Of a DNA stretch of 64,000 nt, positions 59,435 through 64,000 are shown in pieces. The stretch is from Longimicrobiales bacterium. Lineage in GTDB: Bacteria > Gemmatimonadota > Gemmatimonadetes > Longimicrobiales > Gaopeijiaceae. Numbering within the stretch: position 1 is the stretch's first letter; each line of letters begins with the position of its first letter. The stretch lies in contig JAWLHJ010000001.1 of NCBI GenBank assembly GCA_041690395.1, forward strand, positions 352,001 through 416,000, given 5' to 3'. Both the position numbers and the translations under genes were made by a program. The notes under the pieces are model-generated. The model worked only from the letters and a program-made list of their open reading frames with translations. It did not search any database and was not told the origin of the DNA.

Positions 59435-61227
59435 AATACGAACTCCTCCGTTCCCGCTATCGCGTCGTGAACCCGCGACACCACCGCGGCGAGAGTCGTA
59501 TGCTCGAACATCGTTCCCAACGCGATATCGATGCCGAACTCCTCCTGAATCCGAATCATGGCCTCGACAGCGAGCAAGGAGTGGCCACCCACCTCGAAGA
59601 AGTCGGTGTCTGCGTTCACATGCTCAACGCTGAGAAGGTTCTTCCAGATCGCGGTGATTCGCGCTGACGTGGACTCGCTTGCAGAAGCCGTGCCTTCCGA
59701 GGGGCTTGCGACCTCTTCGGGCGGAGGAAGCGCAGAACGGTCGACCTTCCCGTTGACTGTTAGCGGGATTTGCTCGATGGCCACATACGTGGACGGCAGC
59801 ATGTACGTCGGCAGGTGCCTCGAGAGATTCACGCGGAGTGTATCCTCTAAAGCACTGAGCCCGTCGTGACCCGAACCCAAGACCACATACCCGATCAATC
59901 TGCCGCCGGGCCGATCCAACGAGTATGTAACGACCGCGTCTTCGACCTCGGGAATACGGCGAAGGGCGGATTCGATCTCTCCGAGTTCCACCCTGAACCC
60001 CCGGATCTGAACCTGGTTGTCGGCACGACCCTGGTAGTGAAGGTCTCCGTCCGGCGACCGACGGGCCAGGTCTCCGGAGCGGTACATCCGAAGGCCGTCT
60101 GAGGAAGGGCTGAAGCGCTCGAGAGTGAGTTCCGGCCGGTTCAGGTAACCCTCCGCGACACCATCGCCCAAAACGTGTATCTCGCCGACCTCTCCATCCG
60201 CCACGGGTTCGCCTGACTCGTCGAGCAGCCGGATGTCTACGTGCGGCAGGGGCACGCCGATCGGAGACCACGCCTCTGCCAGGCAATCGGCCTTGGTGAT
60301 CCGGCGAAATGTCGAGTGAATCGTCGTCTCCGTGATCCCATACATGTTGATCATTCGAGGGGTCTCGTCGCCGTGCTCCTCAAACCACTTGGCCAACCGG
60401 CGTGGATCAAGGGCCTCCCCCGCAAAGATCACATGGCGCAACTGCAAGTCGCCTCGCTGAGTTCGAGCTTCTAGGTCCAAGATCGAGTTGAAGGCAGAGG
60501 GGGTCTGGCAAAGCACCGTAACCTGCTCTTGAGCCAGCAGGTCGTATAACGCGTCGGGAGATCGGACCGTGTTGGCGGACGGCACGATGAGGCGCCCTCC
60601 GAACCCCAACGCGCCCCACATCTCCCAGACCGAGACATCGAATCCGTATGAGTGGAACATCGTCCACACGTCGGATTCATTGAAGTTGAAAAGTGCCTCG
60701 GCCGAAACCATGAGCCGCTCGAGGTTCCGATGGGTCACCATGACGCCTTTGGGCCGCCCGGTCGTTCCAGACGTGTAGATGACGTAGGCCAGGGTGTCCG
60801 GGCGGACCGCGCTGGAGCACGGATCCGGAGACGCGGCCGCGACACGTCCGTCCCGGTCGATCTCAACGATGTTCACGAAGCCGGCAAAACGCTCAGCGAG
60901 AGAGCTTTCTGTCAGGAGCACAAGTGGATCAGCGTCGGCGAGGATCAGCCGAAGCCGTTCGTCTGGATTCGATGGATCGAGCGGCACATATGCGCCACCG
61001 GCCTTGAGGACACCGAGTATAGCCACGATCACCGCCGGCGATCGCTCCATGGAGATGGCAACCCGTGCCCCGTCACGCACTCCCATCGAGCGGAGCGCGT
61101 TCGCCACCCGATTCGCTCGGATATCGAGCTCACCATAAGTGACTGCCTCGCCCGACCCCGACAACGCGGGCTTGCTCTCGTGCGATCGCACCTGAGCGTC
61201 GAACAGCTCCAGAACCGTACCTTTCAT
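59431..61227 (-). CDS. Stand-alone A-PCP didomain NRPS
   Basis: YTSGTTGRPKG, FDVSVWE, NMYGITETTIH, YRSGD, NGKVDR, FFEVGGHSLL; ends TEEFVL; ATG 61227. Confidence 0.92.
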   Translation of the reverse strand: MKGTVLELFDAQVRSHESKPALSGSGEAVTYGELDIRANRVANALRSMGVRDGARVAISMERSPAVIVAILGVLKAGGAYVPLDPSNPDERLRLILADADPLVLLTESSLAERFAGFVNIVEIDRDGRVAAASPDPCSSAVRPDTLAYVIYTSGTTGRPKGVMVTHRNLERLMVSAEALFNFNESDVWTMFHSYGFDVSVWEMWGALGFGGRLIVPSANTVRSPDALYDLLAQEQVTVLCQTPSAFNSILDLEARTQRGDLQLRHVIFAGEALDPRRLAKWFEEHGDETPRMINMYGITETTIHSTFRRITKADCLAEAWSPIGVPLPHVDIRLLDESGEPVADGEVGEIHVLGDGVAEGYLNRPELTLERFSPSSDGLRMYRSGDLARRSPDGDLHYQGRADNQVQIRGFRVELGEIESALRRIPEVEDAVVTYSLDRPGGRLIGYVVLGSGHDGLSALEDTLRVNLSRHLPTYMLPSTYVAIEQIPLTVNGKVDRSALPPPEEVASPSEGTASASESTSARITAIWKNLLSVEHVNADTDFFEVGGHSLLAVEAMIRIQEEFGIDIALGTMFEHTTLAAVVSRVHDAIAGTEEFVL

Positions 61228-62018
61228 CGGGTGCCTCGCTCGAAAAGTGCACCCCGATAGGTGACCTCTCCCGGTGGAATATGGAACGGCACATTGCAAG
61301 CCTTACCGGGATGATGCCACTGTTCGACAGTAGCATACCCCAGATCATGTAACCCTTCGAAGAATCGTCGGAAGTGCCGCACTTTGTACGGGCAGTAGGC
61401 GGTTCCCATGTTGTTCAGGGTCACGAACTCACGGTCAGGGTGGAATGGTGTCGTGCTGACCAACAGATAACGAGGCTCCCCGGGGATTCGTTCGAGCCAC
61501 TCCAAGGGGGACTCCTCAACGTACTGAAGCGAGCCAGCAGCAACGACCAGGTCCGGGGCCGGAATGCGGCTCAAATCGGACTCGAAGGTCAGTCGTTCCA
61601 CTCCGTGGTCGTGCGCCCAACGACGCCCCTCCTCCACGACGGCCGGGACGTCGAACACATACCACTCGGGACCTGCTCCAAGCCACCGTCGAGTGGCGTA
61701 GAACAACGCGCCGCGATGCCCCCCGAAATCGAGCACCCGCTGGTGAGCCCCCCAGCTCCGGCTCAACCAGAACAAGACGGGATAGTGTTCGGGCCAGATT
61801 CTCGCCAAGTGATCTTCGTACAGGAGCGCCGAACCAGGATTATCGTAGCCCAGCTCACGGTTTTCCGGCACATCGCTGAGAGCGTCTGCAAACGAGGAGT
61901 ATACCCCGTAGAAGAGGTTGTGCGTGCCCTCACGCTCGAAGCGACGGCGGTATTTGGCTTTGCGGTAGTTCCGGAGCCCCGGTAGTGACTTGATCCACTC
62001 TTCTATAGGACGGTCCAC
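61224..62018 (-). CDS. Putative SAM-dependent methyltransferase (LIC12133/TIGR04325-like)
   Basis: YPVLFWL, VLDFGGHRG, DVPAVVEEG, GSLQY. Confidence 0.75.
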   Translation of the reverse strand: MDRPIEEWIKSLPGLRNYRKAKYRRRFEREGTHNLFYGVYSSFADALSDVPENRELGYDNPGSALLYEDHLARIWPEHYPVLFWLSRSWGAHQRVLDFGGHRGALFYATRRWLGAGPEWYVFDVPAVVEEGRRWAHDHGVERLTFESDLSRIPAPDLVVAAGSLQYVEESPLEWLERIPGEPRYLLVSTTPFHPDREFVTLNNMGTAYCPYKVRHFRRFFEGLHDLGYATVEQWHHPGKACNVPFHIPPGEVTYRGALFERGTR

Positions 62019-62104
62019 AGATCTTCCCCGGCAGAACGGACTCAGGCGGACCGCGGTACCCTCTCCTCCGGCTGGAGCGCGCGGTCCGTTTCATGCTACG
62101 CAGG

Positions 62105-62120
62105 GGCAACTCTCATGCCG
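62105..62120 (-). promoter_or_regulatory. Sigma54-type promoter motif of methyltransferase-NRPS operon
   Basis: CGGCAT-GAGAG-TTGCC (GG-N10-GC), about 87 bp upstream of start 62018. Confidence 0.62.
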
Positions 62121-62122
62121 AC

Positions 62123-62887
62123 CTACGAACCTCCGAGAGTCGTGCGCAGCTGATGAATGATGAAAGCTGTTACGTCGGGCGGTGCCGATGCGAGATAGCT
62201 GTGATTGCCCGGGAAGGCCTTCATGACGAAGGACGCTTTGGTCTCTTCCCGCCATGGATCGAGATCTGCAACGGGAACCACGGGATCATCGATTGCACCG
62301 AGGGCAGTGATGGGGATGGGTAGCAGTGGTCTGGGTGCCACACTATGCTGTGCCAGCGCTTCAAGGTCCGCTCGCAGGCTTCGGAGTGCCATGCCCAGTA
62401 CCTCAGGGTACTTGAGCAACTCTGCTGGAAACCCGCCATATCGATGCTCGACGGCAGCCACCAGCTCGTCATCTGGCAAGGCAAACTCACGTCGCGCTTC
62501 GCGCGGCAATCGTGGGGCCCGGTGGCCGGAGACGAACAGATGGACGGGCAGTGGGTCGTCTCGGTCCGCGAGGGCCAGCGAGGTCTCCCAGGCCACCATC
62601 GCTCCCATGCTGTGCCCCAACAGAGCGATCGGAACGTCATCGATGTGGCTCAGGGCAGGGAGTACCCCAGCCACGATATCCTCCAGACGCCTGAGCGGTG
62701 GTTCGGAAAATCGACTCTCGCGGCCCGGTGAGCTGACACACCATAACTCGACCCAGGTAGGTAGAACGGGACGCCAGGATCCAAACCACCCTGCTCCCGC
62801 TCCGGCAGGCGGAAATGCGACCAGGCGGACCAGTGGCATGCTCCGAGGCGCTGCTCTCAAGAGCCAGCCTCCAACCAGGGATGTCAT
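62123..62887 (-). CDS. Type II thioesterase
   Basis: FPPAGAG, PGRESRFSEP, GHSMG, LRADL, PGNHSY; start 62887 or 62920. Confidence 0.9.
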   Translation of the reverse strand: MTSLVGGWLLRAAPRSMPLVRLVAFPPAGAGAGWFGSWRPVLPTWVELWCVSSPGRESRFSEPPLRRLEDIVAGVLPALSHIDDVPIALLGHSMGAMVAWETSLALADRDDPLPVHLFVSGHRAPRLPREARREFALPDDELVAAVEHRYGGFPAELLKYPEVLGMALRSLRADLEALAQHSVAPRPLLPIPITALGAIDDPVVPVADLDPWREETKASFVMKAFPGNHSYLASAPPDVTAFIIHQLRTTLGGS

Positions 62888-62962
62888 GCCTACGACGTCT
62901 CCTCGCGTTCCCGAGCTCATGCCACTTAGCTTACTCGAGTGTTTCCATCGGAAGGTACATTA

Positions 62963-64000
62963 ATGACTATCGACACCAATAAGTGGAAAGAGCGGGTCAG
63001 CGGCTGGACATCCAACCTCGATCTCCCAGCGGATACCCCGAAAGGCGACACCCTGGGCCGCGTCGCTCGGCCACTCCCTGATGAGTTGACTCATTGTCTG
63101 GGATTGGCATCCGAGCAGTGGTCCCAGTCTCTTCCGTCCCTCCTGTTGGCCGGCTTTCATGTTTTGCTCGCTCGCTACGCACGGCAGCCGGACGTTCTGA
63201 TCATCGCGGCCATCGATGGTGCGGAGCCTCTTCCGATTCGTCCTCGTATCGACTGGACCTCGTCGGCCCGTAGCGTGATGGAGCTGATCGCTGGTCAATC
63301 CGAGCTCGTCAGTGCCGCAGTGTCACCGGACTCCGACGAGATTCGAAGAGAAGTGAAAACGCCAGTCCGCACGCCATACCCCTTCCTCTTTGACGGCAGC
63401 GACCAGTCCGTTGGCAAGGAGGCCGTTAAACGGTTCAAACAGAAGGGTTTCGAGCGTTTTCAGTTGTTGCTTTCCGCTCGAGCCAATGCTGACGGGATCC
63501 ATGTCTCGCTCCACTTCGATCGAGGCGCGATCGAGCAGGCTGCGGCGGAGCGGTTCCTGCGGCACCTCGAGATCACGATCGGGTCGATGTTGTCATCTCC
63601 GGACCAGCCGATCAATGAGCTTGCGATTATGCCGGACGACGAGTATCGGCTGGTCGAGGAAGTGTGGAACTCGACTGCGGTCGATTATCCGCGCAATGCA
63701 TCGATTCCGGAGGTCTTTCGGCAACAGGTCGCACGCGACCCAGAGAAGCTCGCCATCCAGGCCGACTCGGGTCGATTGACCTACGGGCAGCTCGACGTAG
63801 CCTCTGATCGTATCGCGCAGCAGGTCCTCGAGCATGGGACGCGGCCCGGTGACCTGGTGGGGATCTCGATGGACCGCGGGCCAGAAATGATCATCGCGGC
63901 GCTCGGTATACTGAAAGCTGGGTGCGCCTATGTCCCCCTGGACCCGAGCTACCCGGACGCGCGTCTCTCTTTCATGATCGAAGACACGTCCATCCGGATC
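62963..64000 (+). CDS. NRPS (partial): truncated C domain followed by A domain
   Basis: Manual translation, open to window edge: MTIDTNKWKER..LDLPAD..LLAGFHVLLARY..WNST..LTYGQLD..ILKAGCAYVPLDPSYP. Confidence 0.88.
   Translation, partial: MTIDTNKWKERVSGWTSNLDLPADTPKGDTLGRVARPLPDELTHCLGLASEQWSQSLPSLLLAGFHVLLARYARQPDVLIIAAIDGAEPLPIRPRIDWTSSARSVMELIAGQSELVSAAVSPDSDEIRREVKTPVRTPYPFLFDGSDQSVGKEAVKRFKQKGFERFQLLLSARANADGIHVSLHFDRGAIEQAAAERFLRHLEITIGSMLSSPDQPINELAIMPDDEYRLVEEVWNSTAVDYPRNASIPEVFRQQVARDPEKLAIQADSGRLTYGQLDVASDRIAQQVLEHGTRPGDLVGISMDRGPEMIIAALGILKAGCAYVPLDPSYPDARLSFMIEDTSIRI

Overview
High-GC bacterial window (gene repertoire suggests Gemmatimonadota, an inference). 1-20 kb is mostly housekeeping/envelope: partial MoxR, an alternative complex III operon (actABCDEF), proC, FKBP, a Tat-exported CocE/NonD hydrolase with a tctCBA transporter, OmpA, a phosphopantetheinyl transferase and a TIGR03545/TIGR03546-like pair. 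20.8-26.9 kb is a three-gene glucan synthesis cassette (GT2 synthase, TPR/barrel exporter, GH8) flanked by an inverted pair of 176-bp palindromic elements; a second palindromic repeat family of the same size occurs at 10.5 and 20.2 kb. From 30 kb to the end lies a cell-surface-linked biosynthetic island: LLM monooxygenase + formyltransferase, a PEP-CTERM protein, a TonB-dependent receptor, and two convergent NRPS/PKS lines. Both lines end in homologous A-subdomain+carrier tails with no fused TE, and each has its own pair of exosortase-associated-type alpha/beta hydrolases (GLR[F/I]G and GLCSG). Four sigma54-type promoter motifs precede operons of the island. Best candidate for an undescribed system: NRPS/PKS-made acyl units transferred by hydrolase pairs onto a surface polymer. 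No rRNA, tRNA or CRISPR array seen. All assignments are by eye from motifs; no searches were run.
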